DNA of 64,000 nt from Fimicolochytrium jonesii (lineage: Eukaryota), in contig NW_026515692.1 of assembly GCF_025526975.1 (NCBI RefSeq), positions 372,001 to 436,000 of the forward strand, given 5' to 3'. Shown here piece after piece: positions 27,971 to 39,935 of this stretch (position 1 is the first letter of the stretch; the number at the start of each line of letters is the position of its first letter). The notes under the pieces are model-generated. The model did not search any database. It had not been told where the DNA came from and saw nothing but the letters and a program-made list of their open reading frames with translations. The translations under genes and the position numbers were made by a program.

Positions 27971-28834
27971 ATGGCTGCTCAATCAAAGCTCGGCAGCACT
28001 TACGAAACGATGCTGGCAGAACTCTTCCGTCTGATGGCGGACTGCATGCCGTTGGAAAGTGTCCGTTCTTTCCGTCTCACCGCGCGTGCTGTGACGAACT
28101 CCGTTGACGACGTCTACCTTTTCACCCGATTTTATGCCATTTTTCCAGAATTGCGGAAATTCGGGGACGACTTTGCCCTTGCTCTCGTCCGAGCTCGTGA
28201 AGACCACTCCAAAGCCTGGAACAATTTCCTAACGGATGGATCCGGGTTAAAGCTTAACATTCATTCCTTTTTCAAAACGGCAATATTGAAAAGAGACACA
28301 ACCATGATCGCGTGGATTTTGGTGGCGGCAGATCATCTGAAAGGCAGCGTGCGCTTTCACTTTGGACGGGAGTGTTGCTATATGACGGTCGCAGACGAAT
28401 GGTACCTTGGAACCCATATGGCGTGGACCTTTTTACGAAACGCGTGGGCCGCCGTTGATGGGATTGAAGGACGATTTCGGGGCACGGGTGTTTGGTTGCA
28501 TTGGTTGGGTGAAGTCGTTTGTAAATTGCCAGATGAAGGAAAGGAGACAGCCTGTTTTCATTTCCTACGGAAATGTCTCCATGACATGGTGAAGAGACCT
28601 TGGGACAGTGCGGACGTTCAAATCTTCCTTGACGCTTTCGAAGGGCGGGCGCAATCCGGACTCACCGCGCGAGCCATGGATGCTGCTCGCGGCGCGGGTA
28701 TCACATTCGATCTGACCAATTTGCAGACGCACTACTCGCACAGGGATTTTTTGGTTTTTCTTTGGGAGTTCAATCGGCTCTCAACTTGTGAAGCTCTTTG
28801 CCTCTTTGCATCGTTGTCCTCAGAATGCAGATAA
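27971..28834 (+). CDS. Hypothetical protein with F-box-like N-terminus
   Basis: MLAELFRLMADCMPLESVRSFRLTAR resembles the F-box pattern; 287-aa intronless ORF. Confidence 0.4.
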   Translation: MAAQSKLGSTYETMLAELFRLMADCMPLESVRSFRLTARAVTNSVDDVYLFTRFYAIFPELRKFGDDFALALVRAREDHSKAWNNFLTDGSGLKLNIHSFFKTAILKRDTTMIAWILVAADHLKGSVRFHFGRECCYMTVADEWYLGTHMAWTFLRNAWAAVDGIEGRFRGTGVWLHWLGEVVCKLPDEGKETACFHFLRKCLHDMVKRPWDSADVQIFLDAFEGRAQSGLTARAMDAARGAGITFDLTNLQTHYSHRDFLVFLWEFNRLSTCEALCLFASLSSECR

Positions 28835-29139
28835 GGGCCGACGTACTTCATCGCACCGACTGGTGCTTCCATGGATAAAGATGCATAGTCAATGGGATGG
28901 GGTAGATATTGTGCCATCGAACCCTAGTACATCCTTTCGTAAACATGTGGAAATTTCTAAATGCACCACCCACTCAGAATCCCTCCACGACCGAGCCCGT
29001 GGCGTCCCGCGCGACGTAGGCGCGCTTCAGACCGAGCACGTCGGGAGTGACGGTGATCGTCCCGTCCACCGCCGTCTCGTCGTCGCCCTAGGCCGCCAGT
29101 TACGATAGCCGGGCCCTCCACCTACCGGGCCATCCTGCC

Positions 29140-29470
29140 GCCATCGGGCGAGTTCCTACGTCGCTGTAGGACGTACGAATTCGCCTACAGCGTACGGCCC
29201 GGAAGCGCAGTATCCGGGATAGCGCTTCCCACGGCCCGGAAGCCTGTGAGTATCCGGGCGGATATTCACAAGCTACACGGCTCGGGTAGTTCCCACGCCT
29301 GTGAGTCTACATACGCTACAGCGTATGTAGCGATGTACCAGGCGATGACATAGGGTAGGCCCTGTACGGAACCGGTAGCCCAGCGGCATGCGGAACAGGT
29401 TCCACGCCCGCTACGACCCGGGCGTGGCCCGGCTGGAACAGCGGTCCCGTGTCTGTACAGGATGGCCCGG
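29140..29470. other. Cluster of GC-rich inverted repeats (hairpins)
   Basis: GGAAGCGC..GCGCTTCC 29201-29229; TGTGAGTATCCG..CGGATATTCACA 29245-29270; CTACATACGCT-AC-AGCGTATGTAG 29307-29330; CCACGCCCG..CGGGCGTGG 29402-29427. Confidence 0.7.
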
Positions 29471-29911
29471 GTGGACACGGACGACCAGTACGTGCGCCTT
29501 CCACGGAAACTGGTCGACACTGCTTGGAGGTCTCCCTTTCGGTTGAGTAATCCATTCATTCCATCATTCCACCGAAGTCCACGTACCGAAGTTGCAAGCT
29601 CGTTGTTTCCCATCGAGGAGACGACACCGTCCAACCTTCAGAAAAGGAATAACCATGGGCGGGTCGGAGAGTACGGAGACTACTTGATGATTCGACAAGT
29701 CACGCCTTTCTTCACGGTTAGGCATGCAAACGACTCAACCGCCGGGCATCCCAGTTTCGGTGGGGAAATAAGCGATTTACAGTCAGGGTTGTCGTTTACC
29801 CTGGAGGATCATAGTTAGCTTCGTTTAGGCGAAGTGTCCCATTTTGTATGAAACGTACTGTAAGAGTGCGGTGGCCCACGGATAGTTTACATCGGTCACC
29901 TATGTCTAAAA

Positions 29912-30205
29912 CTATCCAAGACTAGATAACGCTATGTACTGTGGCTTGAATGGAGCCCCAGGCCCTATCAGGCAACCCGGAGACCAACGCGCTAATGTAA
30001 CTAATGTAAACTGAGAAACCCAAAACTCAACGCCCGGAGAAGGATGCATGCCTCTCGCCCCGTTGATATCCCTGTCTACAACATATCCACAAGCTCTACA
30101 CCTGAATACTCTCGCACCGCCCAGATTATTCCTGATTTGACCGCACCGACTGCAGGTTTTACTGGTGTAGGCCTCCGACGGTAAGACAACCACCCTTTTC
30201 CCAAT
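29912..30205 (-). mobile_element. tnpB: IS607-type TnpB / Fanzor2 remnant (C-terminal RuvC-II, zinc ribbon, RuvC-III) plus possible right end
   Basis: SEAYTSKTCSRCG..LGGARVFRCRACGYVVDRDINGARG. Removing a 4-bp GCAT duplication gives the typical ending GARGILLRAL. N-terminal part absent. Confidence 0.88.
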
Positions 30206-30331
30206 GCGCGGTTACCTAAACATACCAAAATATTCGGCGATCGCGGTTCGTCAAAACGCACCAACGATAATGAGCCTCACCCTAGTATATAAGATATACA
30301 TCCGCGACTACATATTTTCACATTATACTCC

Positions 30332-31106
30332 ATGGATCCACACATCCTGGCTTTTCAACATGTGGAAGGGCGGTTAAGCAATGTGGAGGATACCATCGCT
30401 CAGGTCATGCGTGCCTTGCGCATTCGAGATGAGTGGCAAGTGGGATGTGGGTCAAAGTACATCAACCACGCCCTGTACAACCTACCGTTTAAAATCGAGG
30501 TGTTGTCTTACCGCAATGTCGACGGGGACTGGACAGCTCTTTGCGCTGCAGTCGATTTTGACCTCGCACCTCGACTTTGTTTAACGACAGCGATTCCACG
30601 TTCGGCTGCAGCGGGCCTCGTCTCCCCCGATGCAGCGGCTGCGTTCCGTAATGAACCCCCCTACGCGTACGATTCGGAGAGCCCTAAGTGCTCTGATTTT
30701 CACATCGAGACATGTGTCTCGGATGATAGTTTATATGCGGAGGTTTGCCAACGCTATTTGAAAGCAGATCTGTCTGCAGAATTCGTCGACCTCCATTACA
30801 GCAAAATCATGGAAGAAAATACCGTCATTATCACTGCTCAGCAAAAGCTTCCGCTCGTCCGATTTGTGGAAGAGACGCACCGATTGGTTGGAAAGCTCAA
30901 TCGCAGGATCACCAAAGCCCTTTTGGTATCTATTCAACGTGAACGAAAATGATGCGACGGGCGAACACAAGGCGAAGGAGCGGGCCGCGCGCTTATGGGG
31001 GGAGAAACCAAATCCTTGGAAGGAAATGGCGATACGTAAATGGGATTGGTTTAGTCATTGTCCAGAGGTTGGTTATCTTCACGTCGACCGTGAATTCCTT
31101 CCGTAA
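30332..31106 (+). CDS. Hypothetical protein, possibly frameshifted near 30930
   Basis: 206-aa ORF after a TATA-like sequence; protein-like continuation in ORF 30864-31106. Confidence 0.4.
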
Positions 31107-32167
31107 ATTTCTGTACCAAGTAGAAGCATACGTTGCGTGTAGTTCAGATGATATCTTTGACGAACGAGACAATATAAAGTCATCATAATCATGCAGCTTG
31201 AAGAAACGTACAGTAGTCTTTTCCCTCTGCGTCCGTTTCATTGAAGCTCACTCAAAAGACCCCCGAAAGCAAACCACCTACCAATTTTCTCAAATATTAG
31301 CGGGTGTAAACTGCATATCAATTATGATGCCATTGCTCATGATGTTTCCACGACCAGGTGGAACTTGCAATCCTGAGAGAAATCCGACAGACTCAACGGT
31401 CTGGAAGTGCCGAAAAGCATTTTACGCCGATGTGGCACATTGGTGGAAGAGCTGACAAGACAGCCCGCTGTGGCAGGCGAAGGCGTTGAGAAGGCGGAAC
31501 GAATGGCGATGGATTGGAACAAAATGGTTCGGGACGGAAAATTTGTGTGAGTACGGCTGCTGGCCTGCGCGAGTGACAAATCACTGAACAACGTGAAGTG
31601 CTCTAAAAGGTGATGTGCCAGAAATCAAGGCTACCGCAAACCACCCCCTGCCGGCGATGCCCGCTGAGCAGGATATTCTGGATGCTTTCCAACAACTGGA
31701 GCCCAACAAAGGCGACGTGCACCGAAGCTCAAGGAAGCTGGGCGGAATTTCCATAAACACATCAGATGAAGTCGAGCGGCGGAACATTCTCATTCGTGTA
31801 ATGCTGTGGCTGGGCTGCGACGTTTCTGCGATTGCTGTCACGACCGACATCCACAATATAGCGGTTGCAATGTGGTTGCAATTTATTGGCTCAAGCTGTG
31901 CTGGGCAGTCGAGGATACGTGACTTCAGCTCTCCACAAAATGACGAACTATTCTTAAGCAATCACCACCTGAGCTGTGCGGAGGGGGTCCAAGACACAGC
32001 GACAAAGCAAGCAGAACAAGCCTAGTCCAACAAAACCGAACCACGAACGCTAGAGATGTCCTCACACACGGGACATATTTAACTCCGAATAGTACGAGAA
32101 AGACTTCAAAAATGCTCAACTCTGCATTGTGACATATTTAAATCCGAATGGTACGATAAAGTGCATC

Positions 32168-32695
32168 TTAGCAAAGTGCATCAACGGCTGCATCAACAGC
32201 TTCAGCGTACTTGTTTGCATCTTCCCTCAATTTCTTCCGATCAAATGTCCCTTCGCGAAGCACCGTCTTGCTGGGGTCGGTGATGATCGCGCCGCAGACT
32301 TTTCCACCCTTTCTGAGAATCGAGACTCTGGGGTCCTCGGTAAGGACCTCTTCCACATTCTCGGCGGACTGGCCCCAATGGATGGAATCACCTACGAGCC
32401 TCACGTGTAAGGAGTTTCCCATCGGTTTTGACGAAAGGCACAGAGGCGGTTTATCGTCAATATCTCCCTCATACGGAAAGAGGTGTGGGAGTAGCTCCGC
32501 TTCAGGAAACTCAAGCGAAACTATACGACGGTCCCCGCTGTAGGATATTTGAAAGCCATCTTCTGAAACATCCTCGGTCCCGATGATGACGCCGTGGGTA
32601 GCTCGTACGAAATAGAGTTTGAAAGTTCCGTCGAACTGACGCCATTGTACATCCCTGGCCAACGTGTTAGCAAGCGTACAGATTTGATCAAGCAT
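32168..32695 (-). CDS. Tandem DUF2283-like domain protein (putative antitoxin)
   Basis: Two repeats of L-Y/H-x-x...T/V-E...I/V-x-x-x-x-x-G-x-I/V-x-x-x-E/I: LYFVRA..TEDVSEDGFQISYSGDRRIVSLEF and LHVRL..VEEV..VSILRKGGKVCGAII. Confidence 0.5.
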   Translation of the reverse strand: MLDQICTLANTLARDVQWRQFDGTFKLYFVRATHGVIIGTEDVSEDGFQISYSGDRRIVSLEFPEAELLPHLFPYEGDIDDKPPLCLSSKPMGNSLHVRLVGDSIHWGQSAENVEEVLTEDPRVSILRKGGKVCGAIITDPSKTVLREGTFDRKKLREDANKYAEAVDAAVDALC

Positions 32696-32870
32696 GAATG
32701 TTTCCTACCAGAATAACTCATTTTCTTTACTGTTCTGCATTGTGAAAGAAAATTTGACAACTCCTTCAGTTCTGGGTTTGAACACCGGTGAATTCATCTG
32801 CAAACTATAGACGGAGAACAGCGAAATAAACTCGATCAGCAAAGAGCCAGGTACTGCAAAATTATCAAAT

Positions 32871-33230
32871 TTACTGAACCTGAGTCCACTCATGTCGTCT
32901 GACTCTACGATCGCAATATGTAATGATTATCCACGGGAGCACGCCTTTATCGACAACGACTCGAATAACGCCTTCGTCTGCGGTCCAAAATGTGTTTGGT
33001 AGAAGCAAGTCAACAGCCACCCTTGTGGGTTGGTCGTTTCTGTTGCCGGGTCTTTCGACGATGCGATTGGTGGTTTGCGCTTGATGGCGACGGAGGATAT
33101 TTTCAATCGTTTGAACGTTGTGACGTCGGCGGCCGAGAGCGTTATCTTTTGCTTCGTCTGACCAGGAGAATGTTGTTGTGTAATCGATGTTTGCAAGATG
33201 TGCAACGAATTTCTGGTCTCTTGTACCCAT
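32871..33230 (-). CDS. Small DUF4258/RelE-like protein (putative RNase toxin); possible short last exon ending near 32766
   Basis: FSWSDEAKDNALGRR..VQTIENIL ... IRVVVDK..PWIIITY resembles the DUF4258 pattern. It lies directly upstream of the DUF2283-like ORF. Confidence 0.4.
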   Translation of the reverse strand: MGTRDQKFVAHLANIDYTTTFSWSDEAKDNALGRRRHNVQTIENILRRHQAQTTNRIVERPGNRNDQPTRVAVDLLLPNTFWTADEGVIRVVVDKGVLPWIIITYCDRRVRRHEWTQVQ

Positions 33231-33976
33231 CCAGCAAATAGTCTATGTTGCCCACCAAGAACTTTCAAAAAAAGCGAAGTGGGAACAAGAACATCAACCG
33301 TGGGGCCCTTCGTGTGGTCAGCAGTATGGGCCACCGCTTCTGCCGAAAATACATGGGAGGTGAACTTTTTCGTTTTTTTGGCTCAACATGCAGACATTTT
33401 GATCATGCGCGCGAGAAGTCAACATTTGACCATGAGAGATGAACATTTTGCTATATATGTTAAATCAACGGACGAACCACACTCACTTCAGGGTCTCAAG
33501 ACATCACAACAGTCACCTCGCTCAATGACACAGCACGAATCAACAAAGGAAGAGGCACAAAGGTATAGTAAAATGTATTACAAATTGAAGCAAGCACCAA
33601 CGACGTACATCCCGTCTGTACGGTTTCCCTTCTGTTGGTTTGACTCGATGTCACACATTGGCAAAGTGAACCAAGGTCGTTCTTCGACAGAGCTCTCCAC
33701 GTGATTGTCCCAGGGATATCTGCGGTAATGTGTTCGAGAAACATGTTGCCGCTAGCTGAGCGAGCGGACGAATCCGATCCAGCTCTTTGCAAAGCTGGAG
33801 GATTTCTGCTTCTTTTTTGGCGATGGTACGGTCCTGTTCAGCGATGATGAGTATCAGGAATATCGTCTGCCGGTGCGACCACTGGCGCCGGCTGACAAGG
33901 ACTGCAAGCCGAAGCTCGTCGGCAATGGATCCCTCCGCCTGCTGTTTGGATTGCGGCCAACACCTTCAACGGCCTC

Positions 33977-35517
33977 GTGGACCGCCGCAGGAACGGCATC
34001 GCTGTAAGGGTTTGGCGAGGTGGAGAAAGCTATTCCAATAAGCAAGAAGAAACGCAAGCGGCGAAGCGTGGGATACGGTGGGAACCGTGGGATACGAACT
34101 TGTGGGATACGGTCCTCGCTGGAGCGCTGAAAGGAGCCGTAAAGGGCGCCTTGGTCGCACTAGGGCTCAAGGAAGCAGAAACGATTGCGAAAGCATTGTT
34201 CGAGTTGATCCTCGGCGGCGGCAGTGAACCCGAAATATCGACACAGTTGGAGCAAATCAAGGAAGCTCTCGAAGACCTCGACCACAAAATCGACCAAAAC
34301 TTCCATGCCATTATGGCAGCCATCAAAACGATGCCAGCGTGGGAAGCGCTCAATAACATCAACACCGACTACGGCTTGATGTCCACTTACATGGAGGCGG
34401 CATACGCCAAGGCGAACACATCTCAAACGGCTTATAACGACCTGTACAACCATGCCCTGAAGGTGCAGCAATGGGCCCCTACATACGCCAATACCATCTA
34501 CGAGAACATGGTCCATGACCCCAGTATGGGAGGATTGAAAGCGATCTGGACGTCTGCCTTGGATGTTTACAGGGATGTCCGTACGGCGGCTACACCTTCA
34601 TCAAAAGCTTCTCGCTTCATTACGCCGGTGGGGTACGGAAAGCCGCAAATCTCCTCCATTTCGCTTCCCGTGTGTTGATCGACGAAGAAGAAAAACAGAA
34701 AGGTATCACAGTGAACGAGGCTGTCAGGAGTATCGCCCTCGGTTTGGAAGCCCAACTGGACACTTGGGACGCCTACTTTGAGGTCGGTGGGGAGGTAGCC
34801 GACGGAGACAACACGATTACGGTAAACGACCCGGTGCTGCACCCTACGTACTCGCGGTGGGGCCGCGCATTGCTGAACGCGTATAACACCACGGGCACTC
34901 CACAGGCCAACTTCTTGTGGCGAGTCCCCGGTGACGAGGAGAGCGCGACCCGCCACATGGTCACGTCCTGCACGACTGGAACATATATCACCCACAACCG
35001 AGATGCTGAGGCATACAGCCGCGACGATGCGCAGGGGGCCTTTTTGAAGTGGGCGGACGCGCCCGTTACTTTCGACAATCCCGAGCCAAACGAAACCTTC
35101 CAGCTGACGGTGGATACAAAGCTGAACAGCTTCCACATCAGGACCTTTCCCAAGCCCGGCTGCACGGACCAGATCAAAGAGAATTTGTTCAGGGTTCAAT
35201 ATTTGTTCAAAGAGAGTTTGCACATCGGAGACTATCCCGATTTTTACGCAAGTTGCCAAGTAGGCGAGGAGGAGCCGGAATGCCCACCCGGCGAGATTTG
35301 CAAGTGCAACACGTTCTATTTCACGCTGAACGACAACGGACGGTTCCAAGTTCGCAGCAACTGGGACGGTTTCAATGAGCTTCCCCGTTACCGTCCGGTT
35401 CTCTACTGGGATTTTGAGGAGCCTAAGAACGGCATCTGGGTTCAGGATGAAGGCGACGGCGCAGCCGGAGCCAAGTACGAATTCTATTTCGATCCAGTCC
35501 CAGCGCCAGAACTATGA
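33977..35517 (+). pseudogene. Frameshifted protein with a pore-forming-toxin-like helical N-terminus and beta-rich C-terminus
   Basis: Hydrophobic helix pair followed by GGGSEPEISTQLEQIKEALEDLDHKID. ORFs 33977-34678 and 34672-35517 join through a frameshift near 34570. Confidence 0.4.
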
Positions 35518-36301
35518 GTGATCATCAACTTTGACGATGTGTGACTACAAAGGCAGAAAGCGATGAGTCTATTAGTCGTTTAGATTTGATGGTGGTTTCG
35601 CGACTAGCAAAACGAACTAGAATACATAGAACTAGATCGAGTTTGAGAAAGACCCCGCAGAAACACCTGATAGAAGCCTTTTGTACAAGTACAGTATGTA
35701 GATAAATACATAACGTGTATTCACTTTATGTTAAGATCCAGTTCACGCAAGTGACATACATATTCTATATACGAAAAAAACGAACTATTTCTTACCGTCA
35801 TGCCAGCTACACATCTTGCAGCCGCCTGCTGGTGCCGGGTGCAGTCGGTACTCTGTTCTTCGCTATGCACCCGCACTGGCCCTACACATGCAACATGTAC
35901 ATTCTCCGGATGACGAGGCCATCCGGCCGTAGCTTCGCCTCGCGTTCTCGGTCTTTCTCGCAGTCGACGGACATGCCGAGTTCATAACCTACCGCCCGCC
36001 ACTGACCCCCGCCCGCCCCGTCTCATTGCTATCATTGACTACTCTTGGCTGTCACCACAGGAGCACCTCTCCCCACTGAGTCCCCAGCCTGGAACGACGA
36101 CGGAGAACATCCATTTGATCCAGACTCACCGAGTTCAAAAAGACCAATCGGGCACCCACCGTTTATTTACACTGAGATTTTGGTGCCGTCAGTCGCTCCT
36201 GTCAAAACAGAACGGCGTGGCAACTTGGTACCTTATTACCATCGGAATGTCATCAACTTGAAATATCTCTAACTCTCACTACTTTCAAAGTAACTAGAAC
36301 A

Positions 36302-38581
36302 ATGGCACGACCACATCTGCGGCCTACAGCCGATGCTCCTACCGCCACCTCACAAGGGGTCCAACCCGCCACTACTGTGTCTGGACCGCTCGGGCAACAA
36401 CAACAACGGCAATGACAACAACAAAGACAACAACAGGCCCGGGTCGCGGTGCAAGGAGGAATTCAGGTGTCGACCTCTTCAGCATGGGGAGCTTTTCCGG
36501 CCGGCTCTTCCTCCTCGTCAAGGACCTCTTCTGCATGACAAGCTCTTGCGACCAGCTCTTTCTCCTCGTCGAGGACCTCTTCTGCGGGGGCAACCTATAC
36601 CTGGCAGGACCCAAATGCCGTGCTTTTTGAGCCAGTGAAAGTGGTGGTCCAAGGTCCTGCCGGTACCAAACCCTTACCACCACCACCACCCATCACCGAC
36701 ACGCCAACCCCCACATCGCAGCACCAACCGCTAAAACCCCCAACAACCACCACCACGACAACCGTCCTCCAAGCCGCCCCGCACACTCGACCCCGGCGTC
36801 ACGGTGGAACTACCAGTCCTGGCGGGGACAAACCCCCCACGACAACAACAACAACGGCTAAATCCCAACGCTCTTTGAAAGACAAGAAATCCCGGGACCC
36901 GCATATGGTTTTACAAGATAAACGGAGTGTGGCGAGAGGGGTTCGGATGTTGGATGCTTTAGGTAATGTACTATACATGCCTTGTGTCCCCTACATCCCC
37001 CCTTTCTAACCAATGTGGTTGTTTTTTTCTTTTTTGCGTAGTGAAAGACTCCAGAACGCTCCGAACAGCCCTGGACCTCTGCGTCCTCCGGCACTCACCT
37101 CCACCCACCCCAGACCTTCCCCCACCACCCCCCAACAACCGCGCCCAAAACCAGCACGCCCAAACCTCCCCGTTATGGTCCAAACCCTACCTCCACCTCA
37201 TCCTCTCCGAACTCCTTTCCCTCGTTTCCCCCTCACCCATAACAAAAGCAGAAGAAGACCAAGAAACGGTACTGGAATCACTCTACCGCCGGGTCCTCAA
37301 GGAAGTGGGTATCAAAGGGGCGTATCCTGGTGGTGCGGGTGGTGTAGGGACAGGGCGCGACCGCCGCTGGCGGCAGAGAGAGCAGAGAGAGCGGAGAGGA
37401 CAGCAGAGAGCAGAGAAGAGAGGAGCGGAGAGACGAGAGACGAGAGGAGAGACGAGAGGAGAGACGAGAGCGGAGCGCAGAGCAGAGACGAGCGGACCGC
37501 GGGCGCGGAGAGGGCGGCAGAGACGACTGTGGGGCCCTGGCCGGGTTCGTGCCGTGGCGGGGAGGGGGTCTGGCTGGCGCTCTCGAGAGGAGAGGACACA
37601 GAGTGGCTCTCTGCTCGCGACCTACTTCACTCAACGGGCGGCTCATGGCGGACAGGCAGCAAGCGGAAACGACCAGAGGGCAGCCGCCCGTCCGCATGGA
37701 GAGAGACCCTAGAGAGAGCATGCAGGGAGCAGAGAGCTCGCGGTCTCTGGTTTGACGAGAGCAAGCTGCCGCCCGCAGCAGAGAGAGCCATGCCGCTGCC
37801 TGTCACTGTCTCTGTCCTACCGAAGCTAGCACGTCCGCGGATCGACACGCGCGCGAGAGAGTGCGGCATCGCGGCTCTCCACCCACGCGCGGCAGCTTGG
37901 TTTGAGCAGAGAGTCGACTACTCTGTCGATTGGCAGTTTCCGCCGCGCACACCTGGCTGCTTCCATGTCAACCACCCACCAGTAGAGACAGCCACTGTGA
38001 TCGACCATGATGCTCTCATCTGGGGACGCGACGAGAGCATGAATTGGATCCTTGTCGCCGCCCACCTGCCGAATGCCTTTCTCGCGGAGCAGATGGGTCA
38101 TATGGAGAGGGCTTATAGGAGTTGGCAGACACAGACCAATCTGACTGTCGCGACTCAGAACCACAGTCCTGTTCGCTTTCGGCTTCGTCGCTGTGGAACC
38201 CATAGGCAGCCTGATGACCCAGAGAGCAAGGAGCAGCACTCGGGGATCTGGATTGCGAGAGGACAGTCGGAGCTGGCCCCTGTCGCGAATGTGACTGGGC
38301 AGAAGCTGCAGCATGGCATCGGGTCCTCGATCATCCGAGTCCATTCGGCTTTTCGAAAGCAGGGCATCCAGGAGCTCATCAGCCAAATGGTTTGGATGCT
38401 GGACCCCGACCAGTTTTTCGAGGCTCGCGATTTTTTCGAAGGCCTGCCTCGTCTGCTGCAGGGTTTTTTGCCCCAGGACGATGGCTGGACAACCCACACA
38501 CACACATGGTTGGGCACTGCCGACTGCCATTACGACACCGAGGGAAGTGCGGAGCCGGTGGGCATTGGCACTAGCTCTTAA
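36302..38581 (+). pseudogene. Low-complexity N-terminus plus 2OG-Fe(II) dioxygenase (TET/JBP-like) domain, truncated after HxD
   Basis: HSGIWIARG, WMLDPDQF and TADCHYD (HxD). In-frame TGA codons at 36413 and 36536; the ORF stops before any distal His/Arg ligands. Confidence 0.45.
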
Positions 38582-38734
38582 TAGGGGATAGACCAGCGAC
38601 AACTGGCCCGGAAAAACTGGTCAGTTAATCAGACACATTAAACACGCAAAAGTAAACGGTTGTTCTAACTGGATAAACGTGTCCACCATTACATGAGAAA
38701 TCCTAGAAGGCCTTGAGCGAATCTCTTGGTGGCT

Positions 38735-39935
38735 TTAAGCTAACACCATCTGGACCGAGCGATCCCACCGGGAGGCAAAGCCACGCATCTTGGTATCTGC
38801 AAACGTATCATACAACAGGTAGCAACCCAAAATAGGGAGGTATGCTGCGGCTTTTTTTCCAGGTGTAGACTTGCGCTTAAGCCCTTGCTCCGCCTTCGGG
38901 ATCATCTTCAGTAGCTCTACGTCTGGTTCCGGCGCCTGGTTCATCAGCGTGGCGATCCGACGGCCGTCGGGGAACACGACGGTTCGTAGGAACTCCAGCA
39001 TTCGCAGGCCGTTGTGGACGCTCTCCTCGAGACGACCACAATGCAGACGGAAACCGTACTGCCACTCAACATCCAAAAAAGGCCGGCGGGGTGGAGAACA
39101 GGCGTCAGGCTTCTGAACGCAACTGTGGAGTGCGATACACAGGCGATGCGTGATGGAGGGTTTCTTTGGTGACGAAACGCAAAATTTTCCTTGATTCCAG
39201 AACCGCCTCGGCCGAACCCACAAAGATGTCCTTGTGAACTGCGGTGAGGTCCCTCTCGAATTCCATGACCAGAACGCCGCAATAGCGGGCCACACCGTAC
39301 CGGGCCACCACGGCAACATCGGAAAATGCACTCGCCACGTCTCCGAAATGGTGGGCAAATTCTAGCCGCACCGCCAAGGACGGAGACATGAAGGTGACAG
39401 CGTCAGCCATCAACCTGCTTCCCAATAGCTTGACCTCCGCTTCAAAGGGCGAACGTAAAGTGCCGATGTTCGCGTTGACCGCCTTAGAGAAGAGAGACGA
39501 CCGAAATGGACGGGATCGCCCACTGGCAGAGGCGTGGTGCCGCCATTGCGTCATGCACGCTTACGGGCTGCAAGTCCTCTTTGCGAGCCCACAACGTCGT
39601 CACGATGATTCTGTTTAATTCAAAAACAGCCTCACCAGGGGCAACGATGCTGTCCTTACGTTCTGCGACAGCATCAGGCGGAAACTCGACGATCGTGCCG
39701 GTGTAGGTGCGCTCACGGCTGATGGTAACTCCCCCTCACACGGGATGGACCGTGGGAATTGGCGAGGGTTCTTGACAATAGCCGTAACGACGACGATGAG
39801 GACCCTTGCACTTGAACTTGACCGCCGCGATAGGTGGATCTTGGTGAGATGATTGGCTCACTATCGATAAGGTCTTGAAAGTCGTCTATGTGCCCGTAAG
39901 CGTTCTGCTAGGCTGACATCGTGGGAGGATGTCAT
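38735..39935 (-). pseudogene. Decayed hypothetical gene, paralog of the gene at 40703-41315
   Basis: Start MTSSHDVSLAER-(frameshift)-YGHIDDFQDLIDSEP aligns with MTYSHDSNVAERYGPVARFQDLIDSEP; DNA 39840-39960 is similar to 41219-41332. Confidence 0.55.
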
